Below, piece after piece: positions 1 through 11,500 of a stretch of DNA of 64,000 bases. A program made the translations under genes and the position numbers. The DNA comes from Balanoglossus misakiensis (taxonomy: Eukaryota > Animalia > Hemichordata). The notes beneath the pieces were generated by a model. The model did no database searches and was not told the origin of the DNA. It saw nothing but the letters and a program-made list of their open reading frames with translations. Each line of letters starts with the position of its first letter. The stretch's first letter is position 1. The stretch spans positions 310,001-374,000 of the forward strand of contig CM082581.2 in assembly GCA_040954595.2 (NCBI GenBank), read 5' to 3'.

Positions 1-233
1 ATAAAATTAGAAAACAAGTGAAAGCTTAAAGGATAAAAATTACACTTAAAAACCCCAAACAAACAGAAACAGTTCTGAAAGACAATCCCTATAAACCAAA
101 AAAGCAATGGAATGAAATAGTGCTGAATAAAAGGACGAGTCTTAAAAACCCCTTTGAAAACTGTCAATAGATCCAGCATTGTGGATAGAAGGTGCACAAA
201 CACTGAATCCTCTTTAGCCATATGCCTTGTTAA

Positions 234-1028
234 GATGGGTCCCCCGTATCTTTTTGCCCGTTGCTATGGGCCTATATAGGACATTACACCCCGATTTGGA
301 CTAAGCCGTTTTCAGAGTCTAACAAGGGGCTGGCAACAAGTTGAAAATCTGCACGATTGTGAGCGCGCGCCCCCTGACGCCATTGATATGCAATTTAGCT
401 AGGTCAAATTTCAAAAAGCCTAAGGCTTTTTATTCCGTGACCTAAAAAACGAACTTGATACGTATTCATTAGTTGCTCGAACCAGGGAAGATCGTGACGG
501 ATTTTGTTTTCGAATATTATCGTTGTATCCTACGATTTCAGCATACCCGTACCACACCTGAAAAAGTCATCGATTTTGGGTGTTTTTGGACGCACTATTC
601 CACCGGTATCGCTTCTTAGCACGACGAAAACTGAAAAAACGATCTGTCACACTGTGCGGAAGTACGTTCTCAACAAGCAGGTCAAATTCGGCTGGCCTAC
701 GTCGCCTGTGAAAAAAGGCTTAGGGATTTTTGTGAACGGTGCAAAATCTCTGTGTACAAAACATTGGATTTTTAGCGTTCGATCCAGTTACTGTGGTTAC
801 GGGACGCGCACGCTATCGCTGACCGCTGCTTTGCCGTATTAGCGTGGCGGCCTATGGCCGGGCGGTAGCTGCCGTAACCATACTCGGACAGAGTGTGTGC
901 ACACTATCGTGCGTATTTTTAACTAGTTACAAGCCCCTTGTCGGACGTTTATAACGGTTTCGATCAAAATTGAGTGTAATGTCCTGTAAAGGCCCATAGC
1001 AACGGGCAAAAAGATAAGGGGTCCCATC
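234..1028. mobile_element. Non-autonomous TIR element with TTAA TSD (Kolobok-like termini GA..TC)
   Basis: Imperfect TIR of about 55 bp (gatgggtcccccgtatctttttgcccgttgctatgggcc / ggcccatagcaacgggcaaaaagataaggggtcccatc). TTAA at 230-233 and 1029-1032. Copy 2 shows the empty site gccttgTTAAgttttg (~36602-36617). RR..YY termini with TTAA fit Kolobok rather than piggyBac. Confidence 0.85.
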
Positions 1029-1645
1029 TTAAGTTTTGAAATGATCATTCACGGTGATGAGTTATCAAGAATATACCCGTTAAAAAGTACTGTACCCTCA
1101 GAGAAGCATTTTGTAATGTCTTTAAAATTTGATGAAAACTATATGAATTTTCTAAGTGTATATTTATTCTTTGCAGAGGTAATTTACTTAGCTATAGGTT
1201 GATAATTTATGTTAATTTCAATGAATTATGCAAATAAGTAGTGAAAATACTTGTACATGAATATATCAGACAGTCTTATAGTGTCGTGTGAGGTTGATGA
1301 CACATATTCTTAACCACATATTTCTTGATCAATTAATTGTGTTTACACCAAAGTCCTCAATATCCTTGGCAATCTCTTCCTAGGAATTGTAACACTCTCT
1401 CCAAAATCCCCTGAAACTTGTGTACCCTGTCAGCAAAACTTTGTCTGATTTTTAAAATACAGATTACTTTTTCACCCTTGCAAACACATTTTCAAAGATA
1501 AGTTTTCACATTTGTTAATTTGTTTATATTATGCATAATTATAATTGGAAAAATTCTAAGATACAATTTCAACAAACATGTGTTCAGTACGAGTGTGCGG
1601 TTGATTTCAAATTTTAAAATGTGTGCAATGGATAGACAGGATGTG

Positions 1646-1842
1646 TGTTTAGCTGATTGTAACCATAGCAATATGCAATCCCCAAAAACAGTGTAGCCAC
1701 AGAAGAGACCAATGTTTAGCTGATTGTAACCATAGCAATATACAATCCCCAAACAATGTAGCCACAGAAGAGACCAATGTTTAGCTGATTGTAACCATAG
1801 CAATATACAATCCCCAAATAATGTAGCCACAGAAGAGACCAA
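1646..1842. repeat. 65-bp tandem minisatellite, 3 units
   Basis: Unit tgtttagctgattgtaaccatagcaatatacaatccccaaacaatgtagccacagaagagaccaa at 1646, 1713 and 1778. Also present in copy 2 (~37214-38160), where a MITE interrupts it. Confidence 0.92.
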
Positions 1843-1859
1843 AATCCACAGTTACATAC

Positions 1860-1982
1860 CGTCACATGCATGGCCATCTTCCAGCAGATAGAATCCTGGT
1901 CTGCAAGCGCAGAGATAACTACCATGGGTATTCTGACAACAGTGTTGACATGCATTTCCACCACTGTGACATTCATTCATAT
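1860..1982 (-). CDS. Exon encoding one calcium-binding EGF domain
   Basis: ttccag|exon|gtatgt, 123 bp, phase 1-1. Reads DMNECHSGGNACQHCCQNTHGSYLCACRPGFYLLEDGHACD (D-x-N-E-C and C-x-N-x-x-G-S-Y-x-C consensus). Parent gene unknown. Confidence 0.85.
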
Positions 1983-2915
1983 CTGGAAGGTAAGAAGAAA
2001 TTAGAAATTATTTACAAGCATTACATTATTCAAGATAAGCCTACTCTTGACTACTGGAATGTCACACCAAAGACACCTGGGGTCAGATTTATAACAAGAT
2101 GGGGATAATTTGTCTCAATTTGATCATTTGAGACAAAATATCCCCAAACTTATATATTGTCGATGTAACATTATAATATAGTTATATCACTGTCAGGCAT
2201 TTATGTCCTACAGTCAAGCGGTTTTAGGCACCTGCAGTTATTTTGATGGAGTTGGTTTGAATCCCACCAGTGCCAGAAGTGTGAGATGGTCAACTGGACT
2301 TGAGGCGTTTGAGTTCAACCAAACTTTATTTCTAAGTCTAGGAACTGCATGCACCAACTAAGGCCTACAAAATGGCTTCTGGATTGAAGAGAACTCACAA
2401 ACACATGCAATCACTTTTATAGGAGTAAACAGGTGTTAAAATAACATGTAAATTTTAGAGTTTTTTTTGTTTAATAAGATTTGTATTCAAATTCTATTTC
2501 TGAGTCTTACATAGTGATGAGCTTTTGTCATGCATTGATGTCATGCAACCACTCACTAATTACACACATGTGTTGGTGAGTATCTACAACCACATGTTGA
2601 ACCTCTTTAAATTGGACACCTGCAATCCAAACAATTTCTTCAGTCCCTTTGGTGTTAGACGGGTTTGACTGTACTTGAAAGTGCAGTTGATATACAGAAC
2701 AAAATGCTAAAAATAGAAATTGCAGACACAGTGACCCTTTAAAGGCCCTGCTCAACAGTTGCGTGCTAACACAAAGGATTTCTTATTTGTCTTCATTGTT
2801 CTGCCCTGAGATTGAGAAAATGGCCTTTAATATGTAAAGTGTCAGTTGCAGGTGCATGGCAGTACAATTGACATGATCCTTTAATTTTACAGTGCAATTA
2901 TAAGATAATACTTAC

Positions 2916-3023
2916 AAATCCTCCAGACATTATTCTGAAGAGAGATATGTATGCTTCCTGGCTGTTATTCATAAACTGGAACACCACAGTGCGTGAGTTT
3001 TGAAACATGGCACCAAGTGATTG
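2916..3023 (-). CDS. MED25: MED25-like exon, ACID/PTOV domain
   Basis: ccacag|108 bp|gtaag. Reads QSLGAMFQNSRTVVFQFMNNSQEAYISLFRIMSGGF, aligning with the vertebrate MED25 segment [36 protein letters not shown] (recalled). Confidence 0.85.
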
Positions 3024-3537
3024 CTGTGGGGAAAAAAATTGACTCCAATCACCATCCCTTGTGCAGGCAAAAGATCATGATATTGCCCTCGCTAATACTT
3101 CACCTCTACTTATGCAATGAATTAATGAATACAAAGTGTTGTAGGTCATCCAACATGAGAATGTCACTAACAAAATTATCATTGAGTTTCAAATCCCAAG
3201 TAACAGTGGACTTATATAGTTTATCACCCAGATGAAATTTTTTATCTAAATCTGCTCCTGTCGTATAAGGTTGCTTTGTTAAGACGTACAAAGGGAAATG
3301 ATTGCATTGCATGTACACTGTGTGCCTCTGGATGAAAGACCAATCTGTGTATTTCCTTGATGGGTACTACCACACGTTGTTCAGCCAAGCTCATAATTTG
3401 TGTAATGTGTACCCTCCAAAGATACATCTGGAAGCACCCTAAAAAATGCTCACTATCCAACATGATCCAACCACAATAACCCCATTGACCTACAGTCAAT
3501 TGTTTTAATTAGTTATTTGTATGTGAGCTGTACACAC

Positions 3538-3709
3538 CTCTTGCCATTCCAAGGCTCCGTGCCAAACAACACTTTTCTGCTGTTGTTGTTGTTGTTGTTG
3601 TTTTTGTTGTTGTGGATCAACTTGCTGCTGGTGAGTCAACTTGATGCACTTGAGCTGTAGAGGGCACTGGTATGTCCAGATCCATCGGTAGTGAAGTACT
3701 GGTATTAGC
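3538..3709 (-). pseudogene. MED25: MED25-like exon: polyQ then start of ACID domain, probably frameshifted
   Basis: ttacag|172 bp|gtgtgt. The 3' end reads QQQQKSVVWHGALEWQE (MED25 has WSGVLEWQE). Phase-0 reading from the acceptor (ANTSTSLPMDLDIPVP..) reaches TGA before the polyQ frame. Confidence 0.75.
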
Positions 3710-3732
3710 CTGTAATAACACATACAAATCAT

Positions 3733-3886
3733 TGTGATGTCCGGGGAGGGGTTATTGACAGTCGACAACGACGGAGTTCCACAGAAGTGATGTTTATTGA
3801 ATGACAACCACGCGGGAACTAACTGTTACAGGAAATCACGTATACAGACCATGTGACAATCACGTGATCATGACAATACTATCACA
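3733..3886 (-). repeat. Gypsy 3' LTR (154 bp)
   Basis: tgtgatgtcc..actatcaca. On the minus strand it is preceded by the purine tract aaagttgaggaga (PPT, 3887-3899). Confidence 0.96.
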
Positions 3887-4138
3887 TCTCCTCAACTTTA
3901 GAAGAAAACTTGTACTTTAAGTTTACAACTCGCTTTGGAAAGTATGAAATTTGCCAACACTGTCAAATTGTAATGCTTTGTGAATGATCATGTTCTAACA
4001 AACGAAAACAAAAATGAACCTTAACCTTAACAAGAACTTCAGAACTTCAGAACTAGGAAAATACAAATCTCCAAAAGAAAATTTGCTCTACAGAAACTCA
4101 TTCCATGATGTTTGTGGACAGTCTTATGTCAATATAAC

Positions 4139-7100
4139 CTATCCTTCTGGCATGCAATAGTCTTTGTGCCAAGGAGGTTTAGATTTTATTCTTGTTGAGC
4201 GTCTCACATCAGTACTATTGGGGTTTACATTTGTCTTAGGTGAATTTGTCACTGGCATTGTTGGAGGAACATTTACAATCGTTTCCAACGATGCTGTACC
4301 AGTAGGTGAAACAGGACTAGGACATGCTGGTCCAGTTGATTTCTGACTAGAACAGACGGGTTCTACTGGCAAGTTATCCAGGTTGTTATGTGTAGACAAA
4401 TCATGGATATGGGGGTTACAGGATGGAACACCATTTTGAACCCTTTGAGGTTGTTCATATGTCAAATGTTTGGAGTTCCATTCAGTGTCCTGGAAGGAAA
4501 ATTCTGGATATTCCTCAACATATTTCTTTACATGTCCAGTGGACCGTCTTTTTACACCTTTGGAGTTTTCCAATACTAACGCGCCTCCATCTTTCTGGAT
4601 GACTTTGTATGGTTCTGTCTCGAAATTGGGAGTGAGTTTGTTTTGCCTAAACGCTTGCTGGAGCAAAACAGTATCACCTTCCCTGATATCTGAGGAAGTG
4701 GCATGTCTCCTGTTGTCGGCATAGAACTTTTGTTTCATTTTCATTCTGTTGTTTCTTTCTCTCATTTTGATTTGCCAATCAGACTCATTGATTGTTTGGG
4801 ATGGAATTCTCAGTCTAGGAATTTTGTCCCTAAACTCTCTTCCCATCAGAGCCATAGCAGGAGATATGCCTGTCACAGTATGGGGTGTATTTCTATATTC
4901 AAATAGAAAATGTGTCAAATCTTTGTACCAACCTTTCTTTTGCAATTTAGCAATTCGTACAGACTTCAAAATTATTTCATTCAGCCTCTCAACACTTCCA
5001 TTGCTCTGAGGCCAGTATGGAATGGAATATTCATGATCAATACCTAAGTAATCAAGGAAACCTTCAAACTCGGCTGAGGTAAAAGGTGGACCATTGTCTG
5101 ATTTGACACAGTAAGGCAACCCATGTGTAAGAAACATAGCTTCCATGGCTTTTATGACATGGGCAGCATCTGTTTTCTTTAACAAAACTACTTCAGGCCA
5201 TCTGGAGTATAAATCAGTTACCACTAGTAATTTCTCACCATCACATACATCCAAAAGATCAACTGCTAAATCGAACCATGGTCCTTCAGGTAACTGTGTG
5301 GGTAATAATGGCTCTGGGTTTGGCCTGGCACTGACCAATTGACATGGATGACAGGATCGTATCAGTTTCTCCACATCCCTGTCCATCCCTGGCCACCAAA
5401 CTCTGTCACGTAAACGAGCCTTTGTCCTCACAATTCCCTGATGACCCTGGTGTGCAATGTTCAAGATTTTTCTTTGCAAAACTTGAGGAACAACCAATCT
5501 GTTACCACGCATGATCAATCTGCCATACAACCATAATTCGTCTTTCACATGCCAATAGGGTGAAGACTTCAATTTTGACCAATTTGCAGAGGTAATACAC
5601 CTTTCAACCAATTGCAAGCTCTGGTCTTTTGCAGATTCTCTCTCAATATCACGTGGGGTGATAGCAGATGGCATAGCCTCTAAAACAACACTACATGCAA
5701 AATCTTCAGTCTCTCTACAATACTTGTCAGATGGTTCGTCCACGGGCAATCTACTCAACATGTCCGCATAATTATTCTTTCCCTTGATATGGGTGATATG
5801 ATAATCAAATTGTTGCATATATAACAGCCATCTCTCAATTCTAGCTGAAGGGGGCCTGGAGTTAGGGCTGAATACTTTCAATAAAGGCTTATGGTCAGTT
5901 CTGACCTCAAAATGACTGCCTAGCAGAAACTGCTGAAGTTTCTCACATGCCCATTTAACTCCAAGTGCCTCTCGCTCAAACTGAGAGTACCTTGACTCAA
6001 CATGTGTAAGCTTTCTGCTAACATAGTACACTGGTTGATATGAACCGTTACTTTGCATTTGTTCAAGGATTGCTCCAACACCAACGGGCGATGCATCAGA
6101 AGTGACTCGAGTTTTAGCACCCTGCTTGAAATAAGCCATGAATGGACTTGTGGTCAATTTATGTTTGATGAGATTGAATACTTTTTCATGCTTGGGAAGC
6201 CATTCCCACTTTGCATCTTTGCGAGTCAAATCCCACAGTGGGCTTGTCACTGTTGCAAATTTATCGACATATCTAGAGCAAAATTGAGCCAGCCCCAAGA
6301 AACTTCTCAATTCTGATTTGTCAGTTGGCGTTCGAGCTTTTACAATAGCTTTGACCTTCTCATCAGTGAGTTTCATACCCTGGGCCGTCATCAAGTGACC
6401 CATGAATATCATACTGTCCCCTAGCTTACATTTTGTAAAGTTCAGCGTTAAACCATGCTCACTAAAACGCTTGACCACTTTCTCAACTCTGGTATGCAGC
6501 TGGTCATAATTTTCAGCTACTACTCTAATATCATCATGCATGTTGTGGGCACCCTCACAGCCCTTCAAAACCTGGCTAATTAGATTTTGAAACTTTTCAG
6601 TCGCCATGTTCACACCAAAAACTAAACGCTTGTAGCGATACAAAGAGTTGGGCCCTGAAAAGGTTGTAATATCCCTGCTCTCTTCATCGAGCTCAATTTG
6701 ATGGAAAGCCATATTCATATCAAGCTTGCAAAATACCTTGGCCCCTGAAATTTCCTCTAGCGTTTCATCCATGGTGGGAACAGGGTGTCTTTCCCTAACA
6801 ATGGCTTGATTTGCTTTTCTCATGTCCAGACATAGTCTGATATCCCCACCAGGCTTTTGTACTGTTACAAGGGGGTTGACCCAAGAGGTCGGACCCGAAA
6901 CCTTCTCTATTACTCCCAGCTTTTCAAGCTCGTTGAGTTTTTCAACAACTTTAGCACGGCGGTTGAAAGGAATTCGCCGGTACTGGGCTATGGGTTTGAC
7001 ATTCTCATCAATATGCAAATGGAGCTTGTAACCCTTTAACTTACCCAACCCATTAAATACCTCAGGATATTTCCTCCGCAATTCTGCAAGAATTGGCGAA

Positions 7101-8345
7101 GAATTATCAGCAGATATTGAATTTATCGTGTACAGATTCACATTTCCAACTCTCAACATATCTAAATTCTCAGAAGTATGCCGACTCAACAAAATCGGTT
7201 GGTCAGCCTTGATCACTATAAAATCAGCAATACACTTCTTTTTAGTAGGCGCTTCAACATGTAAGGCACATTTACCCAATATATCTAAAGGTTTACTAGA
7301 ACCATAGCTAAACACTTTATTGTTACAATTTCGAACTTTCACACCACGCTTTTCAGCAAGTCTGCGAAATTGTCTTTCACCAATGAGATTACACGTAGCA
7401 CCACTGTCGATGATAACCGGCATGTGTTGATTCTCGATCTGAATACCTGTATCAGTGAGGTCCTTCCCACTGGAAGCACGGAAAGCAGCATTGAAAGCAT
7501 AGTACGCTTTCTCCTCGTCAGTCTCGACGTCTGCATGGCCACCATCGGCGTTTGCATCAGTAGTCGTCTGAGCTACCTTGTGTTTACCGCGACCATCACC
7601 ACGCGTACGGCCACGTCCACGTGCGCTGCGGTTACCACCACGGCCTCGACTGTTGCCATTTTCACTGTCTTTAGACGGACAGTCTTCCCACTTAGCACGA
7701 CAGTCTGCAGCTCTGTGTCCCGGTTTTTGACATCGGAAACACCGGTCGGATTTTTGTTCGGCATTGCGAGAACTACCACTTGTACTGGCGCGACATTCAC
7801 GTTGCATGTGACCTTTCCTTCCGCAACGGAAACAGGCTAAGTCCGCCATTTTGTTTTTGGCGCGCGTACGTTTACCGCCAATATTGACTGCATTTGCACT
7901 CACAGCTTGAGTACCAGACACCAAAACTAGTGCATCTTTGTCGTGATACGACCGTATGATTTGTAGTAGTTTGGTAGTGTCCAAATTCTTTTCACGATAC
8001 AGCTTGCTTTTTAGCACCTTGTCGCTGATGTAGAGCAAGACACGATCTCTTATCTGGTTGTCTTTTTCCGTCTCGGGAAAATCACAGTCTTTCAGTAGGT
8101 TCTTGAGACGTATTACGTAGCTGTCGACCGTCTCCCCGGACGTGGGAGTTGCGCTGTAAAACTTCTGTCTCGCCATAGGAACGTTTTTCTGCAGTTGAAA
8201 GTGTTTATCCAAACATGCTATCAACGTTGCGCAGTTTGTGACGTCACCAGTTTCATCTTCAGATTTAGTGCTAACAATGTCTCTGATGCCCGCTCCAGCC
8301 ATGTGCAAAAGTAAGGCACGCTTCTGCGCATTATTTGAAACACCA
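4139..8345 (-). CDS. Gypsy gag-pol polyprotein, main part
   Basis: Two CCHC knuckles (CFRCGRKGHMQREC, CFRCQKPGHRAADC), protease IIDSGAT, RT (LDMNMAFHQ, NMHDDI), RNase H (SDAS, TDHKPL), integrase HHCC plus DDE (VDLL, SDNG, VERLN), all in one open frame. Confidence 0.96.
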
Positions 8346-8553
8346 TGTTGAGAACAGTATGAATTAGTAATTAGTGTTCCATATATGTACGTTTACCCGC
8401 CCACTCTCTGGTATGTAACCACGCCCACTTGAAGGGTACGTGTAGAGCATGGTACCGGTAATAAAGTAGAAGTTGCTTAGTGTTGTTACTTGACACACGT
8501 CTCCGTTCCATTCTCTAAGTACAATCGAACCCCGCGTGCATTTCAAGCACACA
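8346..8553 (+). repeat. BEL/Pao 5' LTR (208 bp)
   Basis: tgttgagaac..caagcacaca, identical to 14285-14492, contains AATAAA. Confidence 0.96.
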
Positions 8554-8557
8554 TTGA

Positions 8558-8575
8558 TGGTGCCGAGACCAGGAT
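8558..8575 (+). other. BEL/Pao primer-binding site, probably tRNA-His
   Basis: TGGTGCCGAGACCAGGAT, one mismatch from the complement of the invertebrate tRNA-His 3' end (TGGTGCCGTGACCAGGAT, recalled). Confidence 0.7.
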
Positions 8576-8592
8576 ACTGTACTTGAGACGAG

Positions 8593-11500
8593 ATGGATAA
8601 TCTGGAACGGATGAAAAGGAGCAGAACCGCACACCGCGGGCAGATGACCAAGATTCTCAATCAATTAGACCAAGCTTTCGATGCCGCAAAATCAGAAGTC
8701 GACGAGACAATATTGGACGTCATCCACGCTAAGTTGGAAGTAGCCTCCGCAAAACTACAGCACTTGCAAGATTTAGATAACAGCATCCTCGACAAGACAG
8801 ATGATGAAGAGTTAGAAGAAGCCACAACAAATACCGATGAATACCACAACGACGTCAAACAAAGGTTGGTCATTTTTCAGAGACATTTAAGTAGACTGAG
8901 CATGAAAGTCGGAAGAGGCGAGGAAACAAAGTTCAATCCAACAGCGGCTTCGTTCATGCCAAATGTAACACAGACAACCTACAAGAACGTACAACTTCCA
9001 AAACTATCGTTAGCAAAGTTTTCCGGGAATGTGCTGGAGTGGCAAAGTTTTTTCGATGGCTTCCTGGCTGCAGTACATAGTGACAAGAGCTTGAACGATG
9101 TTCAGAAATTACATTACTTGAGAGGACAACTCTCTGGCGAAGCAGCTAGGGCCATCGAGCGACTTCAACTCACCGAAGCAAACTATTCGAATGCTATCGA
9201 AATCTTACGCGAACGATATGGTCGAGACCACATTATAAAGGCTGCCTACATGAAGGCCCTTTGGGAACTGCCCACACCTAATGAAGACCTTGCGAGTATA
9301 CGGGAATTTTACGACTCGATCGAAAGCTACATTCGAGGTCTGAGATCGCTCGGAAAGGACGAATCGTCATACGGGGACCTGCTCGTGCCAATCATTATGG
9401 AGAAACTACCGGGTAGAATGCGCGAATTCATAGCCAGAGATCATGGTTCATCCCGCGAGTGGACACTACAGAAATTACGCGAGGCTATACAACGAGAAAT
9501 AGATGCTATGGAAGCCGGACAATCGTTATCCGCATTATCTATGTCGCCGCTAAGCCACCATGAAACACAACCGCGCGCAACAGCCGCATTCTACACCAGG
9601 GGAGAAACCAAGTCTACACCGCGAAAATGCCCATATTGCAAAGAAGAATCGCACAACCCTCTTAACTGTAACAAGGTAACCACCGCAGATCAGCGATTAG
9701 AAATCGTAAAACGCGAACGCCTTTGCTTCAATTGCTTGGGTAACCATCGAGTTTCTCAGTGTAAGTCGAAAAACCGCTGCAGAAACTGTAAACGAAAGCA
9801 TCACACGTCGTTGTGTTCACCAACGCAATCCGCAGAAAAAAGGGACAGACAAGCTGAAACAGCAGAAGCTCCCACCACAGTTCACGCGAAATCGGTCTCG
9901 ACAGTAGAAACCAACTCTCCTACCGACATGAGTCTCGCAACCGCAACGGACAGAGGAGCCGTGTTGTTGAAAACCGCCGTAGCGCAAGTCTCTAGCCCCT
10001 CAACAATCGCGACAGCTACGATACTGATCGACGAAGGAGCCACTAAGTCCTTCATCACACAAGATATGGCAGAACAATTAAGACTAGAATCAGACCGCTC
10101 ACAAGTAATCGATCTTGCCGCATTTGGAGACACGAAAACCTCTGCGAGGTCTCTCAATCAAGTGACATTCTCATTGCACACTACTTCTGGATCGAAGCTA
10201 GATATTACCGCGCTAGTCGTGCCCAAAATATCGGCGCCCTTGAGGAATCTCATCAGCCCCTCTATATTAGAGCTACCGCATTTAAGGGGTTTGAACTTCG
10301 CGCACCCGCACTCAGATTCGGACACTTTCGAAATATCTATACTTCTCGGAGCCGATTATTATTGGCAGTTGATTGAAGATGAGATCATCCGCGGAAAGGG
10401 GCCAACAGCTGTGAAATCGAAATTGGGATATCTTCTATCGGGACCGACTCACACCCGCGATCTGAAAACAAACACCGTTCTGCACATCGCCACAGAGCTA
10501 AGACAGGAAGAATCGGATCTGAAAGCCTTTTGGGACTTAGAGACAATCGGCGTCAAGGGAGATCCACAAATAAACGATAAAATGACAGGATATGAAACTT
10601 ACTGCAAAGACAATATCGATTTCCAAGATGGCCATTACGTCGCCCGCCTTCCATGGAAACCAGACCACCCACCCCTGCCAACGAACTACAAGATAACTAA
10701 CAATCGCACGCGCGCCATGGTGAGAAGATTGGACATGGAGTCACGACTTGCGTATGATAATATCATACAGGAACAAACACGAAGGGGGTTTATAGAATTA
10801 GTAACGGACGATGACACAACAGAAGGCCACTATCTTCCACATCATCCAGTTAAGAAGGATTCCGGAACAACCCCGATAAGAATCGTGTATGATTGCAGTT
10901 GCCAGGCAGGAAACGGAGCAAGTCTAAATGACTGTTTGTCGACAGGGGCTCCGCTACTGAACGATCTGACTTCGATATTGATTCGCTTTCGTATGCATCG
11001 GTTCGCACTGTCGGCAGACATAGAGAAAGCCTTTCTACAGATCGGGTTACACAACGAAGACCGCGACTATACGAAGTTTTTATGGCCATCGGACTACCGC
11101 GATCCGGAAAGCAAGTTTGACGTTTACCGTTTCAAGAAAGTTTTGTTTGGTGCAGTGTCGTCGCCCTTCATTTTAAACGCGGTCGTCCAAACACACCTGG
11201 ACTCAAATATCTCAAACGTGTGTCGCGACATCAAAGAAAACATCTACGTCGATAACGTCTTGAGTGGAGTAGACACTGAAGATGATGCGTGTGATTACTA
11301 CAGTGAAGCCAAGTCGGTAATGGATAAGGGCGGTTTCAATCTCCGTTCGTGGGCCTCGAACTGTTCAGAATTACGCGACCTAGCGAAGCAGCATCAGGAT
11401 TTAGACAACGACACAACGGTGAATGCCTTCGGCCTACTTTGGAACACTGAGTCTGATGCAATTTCGTACAAACGAAAGGAACTTGACAACGGAAATCTGG

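Noticed and set aside
504-842. 112-aa ORF as a transposase
   Set aside because: It lies inside a 795-bp MITE and has no catalytic motifs.
1646-1842. Repeat array as CRISPR
   Set aside because: Contiguous 65-bp units with no unique spacers, no cas genes, and a eukaryotic context.
2212-2276. tRNA-Leu-like sequence (..ggtttgaatcccaccagtgcca)
   Set aside because: Only a degenerate B-box and 3' half, no complete cloverleaf. At most a SINE or pseudo-tRNA relic.
2750-2815. Possible second PTOV/ACID-like exon (RAEQ*..TQLL)
   Set aside because: Needs a stop and a frameshift, and the similarity is too short to support.
3320-3427. Exon-like segment with a good acceptor (DVSLEGTHYTNYELG*..)
   Set aside because: In-frame stop in that reading and no recognisable domain.
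8364-8660. ORFs 8364-8660 and 14303-14491
   Set aside because: Antisense translations of the BEL LTR.
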